NCBI GenBank assembly: GCA_951406725.2 | Contig: OX597814.1 | Location: forward strand, 153,636,001-153,700,000 | Length of the DNA stretch: 64,000 nt | DNA from: Octopus vulgaris | Taxonomy: Eukaryota | Direction of reading: 5' to 3' | Part shown: in pieces, positions 37,301 to 49,490 of the stretch | How positions within the stretch are numbered: position 1 is the stretch's first letter | Layout: every line of letters starts with the position of its first letter | The notes under the pieces: model-generated | Databases searched by the model: none | Seen by the model: the letters and a program-made list of their open reading frames with translations, nothing else | Told to the model about the DNA's origin: nothing | Position numbers and translations under genes: made by a program

Positions 37301-38285
37301 AATGATTAAAGTTGTTTTCCCTCATCACAATTATTTTTATGTAGCTTTTTAATGGCATCTACTTTAAAATATTAACACTAATTTAGCAGCATATTGCAGG
37401 CACAGGCATGGCTGTGTGGCTAAGAAGTTTGCTCCTAAACTCATGGTTTTGTGTTCAGTTTTACTGCATAAACAACTACTGAAGTTCTTATGTAAGTAAA
37501 TGTCCATCAAGGCTCAGTTCTCAAACACATACTGTTTATTATAGTTTTCTAAGCCATGACAGGGATGTGTAAGATTGACTGAAAAGAAACACAAGACAGA
37601 ATGCTCTGCAAGATATATATAATGTCAGTGTGCATGAAAAATAGGGCACAAATGTACTGATAAAATGAATGAGTATAGGAGAAATCTAATGTTGGGTGCA
37701 AGAAAGAAGTCTTTACTTGTACAGATACGTGATTCATATGGAATGTCACAGTTAGGTTAAGAAATACCAAGTAATCTAAATGGAACAGTCAAAAGGAGTC
37801 TTCTACAAATTTCCTGTTTTAGAGTGACCTAAATTAAAATTTCCCTTTAAAACTTCATGTTAATCTACGTTCCAAACACCAGCTTAATAAATCTTTTCTA
37901 CTAAAGGCACAAAGCCTAAAATTTTTGGAGAAGGGCATAACTGATTACATCAACCCCAGTGTTCAATTGGTATTTAATTTATTGACCTTAAAAAAATGAA
38001 AGGCTAAGTCAACCCCGGTGGAATTTGAACTCAGAATGTAAAGATGAACAAAATTTTCTAAGTATTTTGTCCAGCATGCTAATATTTCTGCCAGCTTGCC
38101 ACCTTAAGTATCAAATTAATAACAACAAAATTATTTCACTAAATTCTTCATTATTTTCAAATTTTATTGAAACAAAGACAATATATATATATATGTATAC
38201 ACATACATACGTATGTATGTATGTATATATAAAACAAGTTAAAAGTAATGGTTACTACATATTTTTCGTCTAATGGAACAAATTT

Positions 38286-38408
38286 GGCTTACAGCTGTTT
38301 CGAATAGTCATTATAGGTATATTACTGATAGGTTTACTCAATTAATCTATTGATCAATTGAGGAGAATTGAACAGCCTAAAAAGATTAATACTACTTTTG
38401 CCAGAGCC
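38286..38408 (-). ncRNA. Degenerate hammerhead with long stem II insert
   Basis: Minus: GGCU-CUGGCAA-...AGUAGU..(~80 nt)..ACUAUUC-GAAA-CAGCUG-UA|AGCC; palindromic stem III and stem I intact, 5' core mutated. Confidence 0.5.
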
Positions 38409-38987
38409 ATTTCTGGTTATAACAGAGCAGAACACAGAAGGAATGGTGAGTGCATGAGGGAGGGAGGAAAAGATGGAAAGATGCAAGTAGAATAGAGAAA
38501 AGAGGAAGATGGGTTACAAAGGCATGGAGAAAAGAAACGAAAGGATAGAAGAAAGGATCACTTAATAGAAGCAAGGGTATTGGATAGTCAAAATTTGAGA
38601 AAGGGACAGTCATAAAACATTAGAGTTTGTATTCAGGTCAACACACATTACTATATTTTTTCTTTTTTTCTTTTTTTTCTTTACTACCCACTAGGGGCTA
38701 AACAGAGGAGACAAACAAGGACAGACAAATGAATTAAGTTGATTACATTGACCCCAATGCATAACTGGTACTTTATTTATCGACCCCGAAAGGATGAAAG
38801 GCAAAGTCGACATTGGCGGAATTTGAACTCAGAACGTAGCGACAGACGAAATACTGCTAAGCATTTTGCCTGGCGTGCTAACGATTCTGCCAGCTTGCTG
38901 CCTTTAGCATTATTTATAGGTTAGATATTTTCCAACTGCTATGTTGAAATTTGATATTGACCATTTATATACATGGTCAATCTAAGA

Positions 38988-39180
38988 CAGTGCTCCACAA
39001 CTGGTATGCTGTGGTACACTGGTGTGCCATGAGACAATGCTAGGTGTGCAGCAGGGTAACCTGAATATAATTGTTTTCCCTATACTTTTAGTTATATTTT
39101 TAGTTATAGTTCAGGTGTGCCACTAAATTTTGGAAAGAATATAAGTGTACAGCAAGAGTAAAAAAGGTTGTGGAGCACTG
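38988..39180. mobile_element. hAT-type MITE
   Basis: Perfect 14-bp TIR CAGTGCTCCACAAC / GTTGTGGAGCACTG, 8-bp TSD atctaaga / ctctaaga. Confidence 0.9.
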
Positions 39181-39591
39181 CTCTAAGACTTTAATATCAT
39201 ATTTGGTGATTGTTGCTATGAGGCATAGTTGGGGAATTATATTAGAAGATGAAGGAATATCAGTAGTAATCATATTGTGGTGTAAAGATCAAGAAGGCAT
39301 TGATTAGCTAGGATATAAAATATGGATAGTTTGAGAGGTGCTAGATTGAAAAGGGATGAGGTCAACTTAAATGTAAATTCAAATTAACCTCATTAAGTGA
39401 TTTTTAAAGTTTAAACCAATAAATTTGAACTGAATTTTAAAATTTCTAAATTTAGCATTAAAACAAAGAATTAAAAGAATTAAAATAAATTTACATAATA
39501 ATAGGTGATAATAAAACAATAATGATGATGGTGACATCAACATCAACAACACCAATAACAATAAATTTAATAAAATAATAAAATATTGCAA

Positions 39592-39643
<52 letters not shown>

Positions 39644-39798
39644 GGATAATAATAGAACAACAATAAAAGGGTAAAAAACACCAATAATAATGAAATTAAA
39701 ATGAAAAATAAAAAATAGGAAAATAAAAAGATTAAAAAAAATTAAAATATTAAAAAATAAAATGATATGAATAAAAAATTTCTAGAGCATGGAAAATA

Positions 39799-40464
39799 TC
39801 TATATATATAAAACTGTAGTTGTGTGAGTGTCTGTCCCCTTCGATTTAGATTCCTAACTACTCCCACATTTTGTGGTGCAGTTTAACCAAATTCGGGTAT
39901 CTTATAGTCGTGATTCATATCGAGCCCGTGTGGGTATTAGCGCGTGTCTACGATGAGTCTACGATTTTTAAAATAATTTAACATCATTTTTTATTCCATT
40001 TTAATGCATAATTTTTCGTGTGTCGATGGCGGCGGAGTTGGCATCCACGCTCACAGCTGCACCTGTGTTGCTTCTCCCCCTTCTTCCCTCCCTCGTGAAG
40101 CTGTGGGGAAGGGAGTGTAAAGAAATCAACGTTGTAAAGCATTGTCAAGGAGACCAGCGTTCTTTTAGAACAACGACTTCATGGCTTGAAGACACCAAAA
40201 CAATATATAAAAGTGAAGTTGTGTCTACGATTTAAAAAAAATTTACCATCATTTTTTTTCCATTTTAGTGCATTTTTCGCTATTATATAAGGAAGTAACT
40301 CTCTAAAAATGTCTAAGATGAGTCAACGATTAAAAAAAAAATTACCATCATTTTTTATTCCATTTTTAATGCATTGTTTTGCTATTTTTTGGCTATAACT
40401 CTCTAAAAATGCCTATATAGTTATTTCCCTTACAAACCCGAGCAACGCCGGGCGATACTGCTAG
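39799..40464 (+). mobile_element. Complete non-autonomous Helitron
   Basis: A|TC 5' end, subterminal hairpin cccgagcaacgccggg, 3' CTAG|T, no TSD, CpG-rich (young). Confidence 0.9.
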
Positions 40465-41412
40465 TATATAATATAAAAAAGCCTAATAAAATAAAGTAAA
40501 CTTTTAAACATTTTAATATTTTAAAATTTAATTAAATAAAACTAAACAAAATAAGTAGAAAACTCATATACATATATAGAAAAAATATTAGGCAATTCAC
40601 ATTTATCCTCTCGGCATCATGCCTGTCTCGACCTATTCCTCTCGCTATAGTGAGGGAACTTACTGAATGATTTATAATAAAAATGCTTACATCATATCAC
40701 TAATTCCTGCCTAAATATATCAACAGAAATATTGTAGCAAAAGGGTTAAGTACTTACATTGTTATTAAATACTTTCTCTCTTTAAGTATAAACATAAATA
40801 GTTATTGTCACATGTATTTGACCATTATGCTGGAAACTGATATAGGAATTTTGTCAATCTTTTAGTTTTATGCCAATAAAATGGATGACTGATACATCAG
40901 AAGAACTGTTTGATAAGTTCACTTGAAAAAATTTGATTACACATGGCACAATGACACATATGAGTATAATGGTGGCAGAACATTTTAAAACAATCTTGTT
41001 GCTATATGTGAACAATATGTTCATTCATTGATTATTTATCTTCATTGATTTACTATTCTATGAAACTACTTTGTTTTAATATCCATTGATTTGCTGTTCA
41101 TGATATATATTATATTAAAATTAAATGTAGGGCAGACATAGACAACTGACACTTCAGTACATAGCTTTCTATTTTTTAAAAATCTTTTTTACTTGTTTCA
41201 GTCATTAGACTGTGGTCATGCTGGGGCATCACCTTGAGGTGTGTAGTTGAACAAATTGATCACAATACTATTTTTTTTAAAGTATAGTACTTATTCTATT
41301 AATCTCTTCTTTTTTCTTCTCCCAAACCACTAAGTTACTGGGATGTAAACAAACCAATTCCAGTTGTCAAATGGCGATGTGAGGACAAACAAGGACATGC
41401 ACACACATATAC

Positions 41413-41471
<59 letters not shown>

Positions 41472-41660
41472 TGTGTGTGTGTATGTAAGTACATGTGTGC
41501 ATGAGTGGCTGTGTGGTAAGTGGCTTGCTTACAAACCATATGGTTCCGGGTTCAGTCCCACTGCATGGCACTTTGGGCAAGTATCTTCTACTATAACCTT
41601 GGGCTGACCAAAGTCTTGTGAGTGGATTTGGTAGACGGAAACTAAAAGAAGCTCGTCGTA

Positions 41661-41706
<46 letters not shown>

Positions 41707-41983
41707 TTTTAATCTTCGGATTCTTTTTTAATATGCTAGACCACTGGTCTTAATTGATAAATATCAATTTCTACCCTTAATTAATTTTATATAAATAAAT
41801 ATGTTCTCTAACCGATAAATTGACTGCTGCTAATTATTAGCTGCAGGCTAGTTTTCTCGGGTTTCAACGCGCCAAAGTAAAGGCATTTGAAAGATATATT
41901 CAAATGTAATAGGCTGAACTCCATGCACGCGATATTTCGGTATCGTGTTTGCATCTAGTCCAGCAAATTACATTTATAACGGA

Positions 41984-42047
41984 CCATGCTGATGATGGCT
42001 GCAGTTTTCCTTGCGGAAAATAACAGCTGAAACTAATTAGTACATGG
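41984..42047 (+). ncRNA. Type I hammerhead ribozyme, copy 1
   Basis: CCAUG-CUGAUGA-U-GGCUG..UUUUCC(uugc)GGAAAA..CAGCU-GAAA-CUAAUUAG-UA|CAUGG; predicted cut after 42042. Confidence 0.85.
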
Positions 42048-42489
42048 GTAATTATTTTATTTCGTATATTTTTCACTTGTTTATTGCTATGGTTTTGTGT
42101 TGAGTTTGATCTGAGAACATAATCTTTTGTGGTGAATGGCGATTTGACGTCTATATCTAGCATGTTGACTGTCCACTTTTCGTGTTCAGTCCTTAATTGG
42201 TATATATAAATATTTTAATCTTCGGATTCTTTTTTAATATGCTAGACCACTGGTCTTAATTGATAAATATCAATTTCTACCCTTAATTAATTTTATATAA
42301 ATAAATATGTTCTCTAACCGATAAATTGACTGCTGCTAATTATTAGCTGCAGGCTAGTTTTCTCGGGTTTCAACGCGCCAAAGTAAAGGCATTTGAAAGA
42401 TATATTCAAATGTAATAGGCTGAACTCCATGCATGCGATATTTCGGTATCGTGTTTGCATCTAGTCCAACAAATTACATTTATAACGGA

Positions 42490-42553
42490 CCATGCTGATG
42501 ATGGCTGCAGTTTTCCTTGCGGAAAATAACAGCTGAAACTAATTAGTACATGG
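42490..42553 (+). ncRNA. Type I hammerhead ribozyme, copy 2
   Basis: Identical to copy 1 at +506; predicted cut after 42548. Confidence 0.85.
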
Positions 42554-42704
42554 GTAATTATTTTATTTCGTATATTTTTCACTTGTTTATTGCTATGGTT
42601 TTGTGTTGAGTTTGATCTGAGAACATAATCTTTTGTGGTGAATGGCGATTTGACGTCTATATCTAGCATGTTGACTGTCCACTTTTCGTGTTCAGTCCTT
42701 AATT

Positions 42705-42778
<74 letters not shown>

Positions 42779-43524
42779 TATGTATGTATGTGTGTGTATA
42801 TGTTTGTGCGTCTGTGTTTGTCCCCACAACATTGCTTGACAACCGATGCTGGTGTGTTTACGTCCCTGTAACTTAGCAGTTCAGCAAAAGAGACTGATAG
42901 AATAATTACTAGGATTACAAAGAACAAGTCCTGGGTCGATTTGCTTGACTAAAAGTGGTGCTCCAGCATGGCCACAGTCAAATAACTGAAACAAGTAAAA
43001 GAGTAAAAGAGTAAAAGAGTGTATATATATATATACCTACACACACACAAACACAATGTCTTTTTTTAAACTCAGTTATAATAGAAACTATTTTACATTA
43101 ATCTGATGGGTTATTCTATATTTTTGCAGAGTGCAAAATTATTATTCTTAAACAAGAATATTATTGACAGTAACTTTGGAGTTTTGGCCAGCTAAATAAT
43201 CATTGAATTTCTGACAATGACTTAGTAGGTCAAAGATGGTTTTGCTGGCTGAAACTTCAAAGTTACTATCGATAATATTCTTGTTTAAAAATAATAAATA
43301 TATATGTGTGATTGTGTGTGTGTGCATGTATGTGTGTGTGTCTGTAACAGGCTTCTGTTTAGTTTTTATCAACCAGATCCACTCACAAGGTTTCTGTTGG
43401 CCTGGGGCTATAGTGGAAAACATTTGCCTAACATGTTGTACTATGGGCCTGAACCTAAAACCACTTGGTTTGCAAAGTAAGCTTCTTAATCACACAGCCA
43501 TGTCTGCACCTATATTTATTCTTT

Positions 43525-43727
43525 TATTTGTTTCAGTCATTTCACTGCAGCCATGCTGGAGCACCACCTTTAGCCGAACCACTCAACTCCAGGACTTATT
43601 CTTTGTAAGCCTAGTACTTATTCTATCTGTCTCGTTTGCCAAACCACTAAGTTATGAGGACACAAACACACTAACATCAGTTGTTAAGTGAAGAGGGGGG
43701 GGGACAAACATATACATACATACATAC

Positions 43728-43761
<34 letters not shown>

Positions 43762-44610
43762 ATGTATATACGACAGGCTTCTTTCAGTTTCCATCTACCA
43801 AATCCATTCACAAAGCTTTGGTCGGCCCAAGGTTATAGTAGAAGACACTTGCCCAAGGTGCCAAGCAGTGGGACTGAACCTGGAACCATGTGGTTGGTAA
43901 GCAAGCTATTTACCACACAGCCACTCCTGCACTTATATATTTAGATTTGAAAAACAACTAAAGGTATCAATGAGGAAATTATTCAAAGAATGAAAGAATT
44001 CAATAATAAAAGCCTTTCATAATTAATTTGGTAAGCTAATATCCAATATCACCTATATTACTGAAAATTTACCGATACTGTATCACTGCACTGAATGCTA
44101 CTAATTTGTGAAACATAACACATACAAATAAATAGATAAATAAATAGGTGCAGGAGTGGCTGTGTGGTAAGTAGCTTGCTTACCAACCACATAGTTTCGG
44201 GTTCAGTCCTACCGTGTGGCACCTTGGGTAAGTGTCTTCTACTATAGCCTCAGCTTGACCAAAGCCTTGTGAGTGGATTTGGTAGACGGAAACTGAAAGA
44301 AGCCCGTCGTATATCCTTAAATCCTTAAAAATGTTTTAGCCTGAAGGCCGCGGCCATGTTGGGGCACCACTGCACCATATATATATATATATATGTATGT
44401 GTGTATGTTTGTGTGTCTGTGTTTGTCCCTCCAACGTCGCTTGACAACCGATGCTGGTGTGTTTACGTCCCCGTAACTTAGCGGTTCGGCAAAAAGAGAC
44501 CGATAGAATAAGTACTAGGCTTACAAGGAATAAGTCCTGGGGTTGATTTGCTCGACTAAAGGCGGTGCTCCAGCATGGCCGCAAGTAAGTAAAAGAAAGT
44601 AAGTAAAAGA
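43525..44610. mobile_element. Head-to-head pair of family A SINEs
   Basis: Minus copy 43525-43930 and plus copy 44146-44610. Confidence 0.88.
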
Positions 44611-45744
44611 AAGTAAATGAATAAATAAATGTATGATGGAAAGGGAAACCCATTCCTGTGATAATAGCTGGCAGACTGAAAATAATCACACACACACACA
44701 GATGTTTGTATATATTTGTGTGTGTACGTTAGCGTCTATGAGTGTTTGCATTTCCTTGTTTTAGTGTAGTGTGTTGATTTTAAACAAAAGTCACTGTTCA
44801 TATAAAAGTGGTGTCATTTGTTTGCAGTCTTCCATGCAAACATATATCCATACAAGAGGAAATATTTACCTTACTTGGAAAACAAAGTGGGGGGTGGTGG
44901 CAACAGAGCATCCAACCATACAAAAACCTGTCTCAATTGTATTGTGTCTGATCCACACAAGCAGAGAAAAATATATGTTACAATGATGGTGATATATGTG
45001 TTTGTGTTTATGTGTGTGTGTGGTTTATTTAGGTTGCTCCAGTAGCTTGTTGTTCTGAAATTTCTGTGGCACATTTCTTTAGTCAAGTTCAACACTGGAC
45101 TTATCTGAAGAAATGGCAGAGTGGCATGGAAACTCTTGAATATCAGGCCACTGGACTGGTCTAAATAAACGATTACACTTGACATTTATATTGAGTGTTT
45201 CTCCAGATTGCTACTTAACAGAAGTGTGTTTATGTGTGTATGCTTCTACATTTATATATGTATCGTCATCATCGTCATTGAATGTACGTTTTTCATGCTG
45301 GCATGGGTTGGACAGTTTAAGAGGAGGTGGCAAGCCAGAGGGCTGCTCTAGGGTCTATTTGTCTATTATGGTATGGTTTCTATAGATGGATACTCTTCCT
45401 AAAGCCAACCACTTTACAGAGTGTAATGATGCTTTCTACATGTTGCCAGCATGGGTGCTTCTTACATGGTATCTGCACAGGTGCTTTTTATATGGCACTA
45501 GCATAGATGCTCTTTACATAGTACTAGCACAGGTGCTTTTTACACAGTGTCTGTGCAAATGCTTTTTACATGGAGTTGCACACACACACACACATATATG
45601 TGTGTGTATGTATATATATATATATATATATAAGTATATATATGTATATGTATGTATATATATATATATATAATAATAATATTAGGGAGTAAATCCAAAC
45701 TTACAGGGAAAAATTAGTAGTGGTTTTATCTCTAATTTAATATA

Positions 45745-45802
<58 letters not shown>

Positions 45803-45985
45803 CCTACTACCATGTTCTTAATGATGCAATTAACCTCTGTCTATATATCTACCCTCTTTGTAATGTTGATAAATGGAATAAGTATAAAAATGTACATTGT
45901 CTATTTAATTAAAAAATTCTATTTGTGACTGAAGATTGCTCTACATTTTAAAACTGATGTAATACATTGTTTAATAATATTTACA

Positions 45986-46100
45986 GTTAATTTGCCAAAA
46001 TATTTTTGTTGCTTTGAGAGGGTGACCTGTTCACTGACAAAATTCCGTGAGATGCAGCACGGAATTTTGTCAGTGAAAAGGTCATGGGTTCAAAGTGACG
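45986..46100. repeat. Long fold-back palindrome
   Basis: aatttgccaaaatattt..tgacctgttcactgacaaaattccgtg(agatgcag)cacggaattttgtcagtgaaaaggtca..aaatattttggcaaatt. Confidence 0.9.
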
Positions 46101-47190
46101 AAAATATTTTGGCAAATTAAATTTAAATGCTGAAGTGAATCTAAGGGTTTTTGAGTGTTTCTTAAATGGCTTATAAACAGCTTCCATGCTGCAATTATTT
46201 TCTTTCCAGCACACAATCTCAGATCAGATCACTTGCTATGCAAGTACATCTCAGTAATTCCAAATTTTTTATTCTTTTCAAAATTATTTGAAATGCATAT
46301 GTAGTGTGTTTCATTGGGAATTTCATTATGAAAGGGTCAAAAATGTACTGGAGTATATTAATAAAGAAATCTATAACTAATATAAAGAGAACACAGAGTT
46401 AACTGATAGCAGTTAAGTTTGTATATTTGCAAATCATATTGTAATATGGGAATATATTTAGAAACAATAACAGCAATAATGAAAATGAAGACAAAATTTG
46501 TTGTATCTTTTGATTCGTATTCCACAACAAAAGTCAGAAAACTATTCTTTTTGATACCTGTGGTGTCAAATCTCATGTGTGCTACTTAAAACTGTTATCA
46601 TTTAACTTTAGGAAATATCTCATTTAATCATTACAGTTCAAATGAAGATAAAATAATTATTATACAGCAAGCGGAAATAACTATTTTATCTGGTCAAATT
46701 AAATATTGCCTTCATTATTCACTTAGTCTAATATGTTTTCATGAGCACTTCACATGATTTTCCTCTTGAGTAAATTTTTCATACATACAGTTTTATTATA
46801 GATTTTAGAATAAAGTTTCCGGATAGCTTTATTTTAATTGAACTATTTTGTGCTAAATGAGGAAGAGAAGTAAAGCAAATACAATTGCACTGCAACCATG
46901 GCTGTATGGTTAAGAAGTTTGCTTCAAAACTATGTAGTTTTGGGTTCAATCCATTACCTGGCATTTTGAGCACTTGTATTCTAATAAGGCTTTAGACACC
47001 CTAATAACTTAAATTCCTTAAATTTTTATTCCTTAAATTTTTACTCCTTGAATTTTTAATATTCAGTTATTATTTTTATTCATTATTTGTATTTCTATTC
47101 ATTTGTACATGTTAAGTAAGATTACATTGAAGATATAGAGTATCATGGAAGTATATAAGCGTTAGGGGTAGTGAAAAAGTTAAGGAATCC

Positions 47191-47290
47191 AGACCTGAAG
47201 ATTGGGAGTATGTCGACCCGAGTAAGTATTGAAACTAGATATCTCATATCTAATCAATACCGACGTATTTTCATAAAACACGTGTAGTCT
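47191..47290 (+). ncRNA. Degenerate hammerhead with long nested stem II
   Basis: AGAC-CUGAAGA-U-UGGGAGUAUGUCG...CGACGUAUUUUCA-U-AAAA-CACGUG-UA|GUCU; GAAA reads AAAA. Confidence 0.65.
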
Positions 47291-47540
47291 TATAAATGGA
47301 AAATACAGAATTCAGAATAGATATAGTTAGTATAAGATTTAATTTTTAACATTTTATGGTGTGTTCGAGTATAAAATCATTCAGTGTTAATTGAGTTAAA
47401 GGTGGTTCTGTCTCTAAAATTACTTTTATATATACAAATTAAACATTGAGAGATGTTCATTTTAGTACATCTAATTTTAATGTCTTTTTCCTGTGTACTC
47501 GGAAGTAATATTCCCTAATAATTATAATATACACACATAC

Positions 47541-47605
<65 letters not shown>

Positions 47606-47623
47606 CATATATATATTTATATA

Positions 47624-48888
47624 CAGGGGTTGGACAAAATAACGGAAATACCTAGCATCAAAGCATCATAATTTTGAAATATCTATAAAACTGTCAAAAG
47701 CTTGTTTATTTCTATGTTTTTTTTTATTTATTATTAGTGTTGCTTAATATGTTTTACTAAAATTGCTGTTACTTTTCAGATATCAAAAGGTAATTAAAAT
47801 TCATTAAACTGACGGATCTATCAAACTTTCAAAGAGATCAAATTGTTGGTGCTTGTATGGCAGGTACTAGCATAATGAAAACAGCTGAACTGTTTGGTGT
47901 ATCAAGAAGTACAGTCTCAAAAGTAATGACAGCCTTTGAGAAAGAAGGAAAAACCTCTTCATCGAAACTCCTGAAGAAAACCAAAACTTTCAGATAAGGA
48001 CCGTCAGACTCTTACGGAAATTGTTAGAAAGGATCACAGAAGTACAGCTCCCAAAATGATTGCAGAGCTAAATGAACACCTTGAGAACCCAGTTTCCACA
48101 AAAACTGTTTGCTGGGACCAGCACAAAGCCGGATTTCATGGGGGGGCTGCAATCAGAAAACCACTACTTTCAAAAACAACCGTTGCAAAGCATTTAGAGT
48201 GGAGTTAAAACCTACAGACTTGGTCCCCAGAGCAGTGAAAGAATGTTATTTTCTCTAACGAGTCATCCTTTACCTTATTTCCGACCAACGGCTGAGTATG
48301 CATACAGAGACAGCCAAAAGAAGCATTTGACCCAGACTGCCTTCTTCCAACTGTTAAACATGGAGGAGGGTCTGTGATGATCTGGGGGGCTATATTTTGG
48401 AAATCCACCGGCCCAATGGTTTCTGATCATGGTAGAATTAATAGCCAAGACTATTTAAGCATTTTATCTAATCAAATTCATCCTATGGTTGCAGAAATGT
48501 TTCCGGAGGGAAATGCAATTTTTCAGGATGGTAATGCACCAATTCACACAGCTAAAGTTGTTACCGAATGGCATGAGGAACATTCTAGTAAAGTTGAACA
48601 TCTTATCTGGCCACCACAGGCCCCAGATCTCAATATTATTGGACATTTATGGCGCATTTTAGAAAAAACAAGTAAGGAATCGATATCCTCCAATATCATC
48701 ACTACAAGAACTGGAGACTGTTTTAATTGAAGAATGGACAAAAATTCCTTTGGAAACAATTCAAACTTTGTACGAGTTTATGCCTCATAGAACTGAAGCT
48801 GTAATTACTGCCAAAGGTGGTCCTTCCCTATATTAAAATAAATTTGTCTGAAATTTTAAGATGTTTCCATTATTTTGTCCAACTCCTG
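47624..48888 (+). mobile_element. Full-length Tc1-like transposon, inactivated
   Basis: TIRs CAGGGGTTGGACAAAATAACGGAAA / TTTCCATTATTTTGTCCAACTCCTG, TA TSD; transposase motifs FSNESSF, KHGGGSVMIWG, FQDGNAPIH, WPPQAPDLNIIGHLW; stops and frameshifts. Confidence 0.96.
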
Positions 48889-49084
48889 TAAATACATATA
48901 AATATTTATATTGTACGCACACATGTATGTGTGTGTGTATAGCCTTTGTCACTGTATATTGCCACATTTGGCCACCCTTGATGTTTACAGCATTGGTGAT
49001 ACATATCACCAAAGATATAAACATCCATAATGACTCCAAATGTGTTGAGGTATTTAGGTGAGTGTGCATGGGTGTATATTTACA

Positions 49085-49490
49085 CTTTACTCTTTTACTC
49101 TTTTACTTGTTTCAGTCATTTGACTGTGGCCATGCTGGAGCACTGCCTTTAGTCGAGCAAATCGACCCCAGGACTTATTCTTTGTAAGCCTAGTACTTAT
49201 TCTATCAGTCTCTATTGCTGAACTGCTAAGTTAAGGGGATGTAAACACACCAGCATTGGTTGTCAAGCGATGTTGGAGGGACAAACACAGACACACAAAC
49301 AAACACACACACACATATATATACATACGACAGGCTTATTTCAGTTTCCATCTACCAAATCCACTCACAAGGCTTTGGTTGGCCCAAGGCTATAGTGGAA
49401 GACACTTGCCCAAGGTGCCATGCAGTGGGACTGAATCCGGAACCATGTGGTTGGTAAGCAAGCTACTTACCACACAGCCACTCCTGCGCC
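49085..49490 (-). mobile_element. SINE family A, near full length
   Basis: Reverse complement of the family A consensus including (aagagtaa) tail. Confidence 0.9.

Larger units (their letters stand above)
41701..42706 (+). repeat. 506-bp head-to-tail tandem dimer (retrozyme / Penelope pLTR-like)
   Basis: 41701-42200 and 42207-42706 differ at only two positions I could find; joined by TATATA and flanked by (TA)n. Confidence 0.95.
41503..43020 (+). mobile_element. SINE family A split by the hammerhead tandem inserted in its (TA)n tract
   Basis: Head 41503-41660 and tail 42790-43020 are the two halves of one family A copy. Confidence 0.88.

Noticed and set aside
41900-42927. Minus-strand ORFs MLDIDVKSPF... 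in the 506-bp tandem
   Set aside because: No recognisable domain; duplicated only because the DNA is duplicated.
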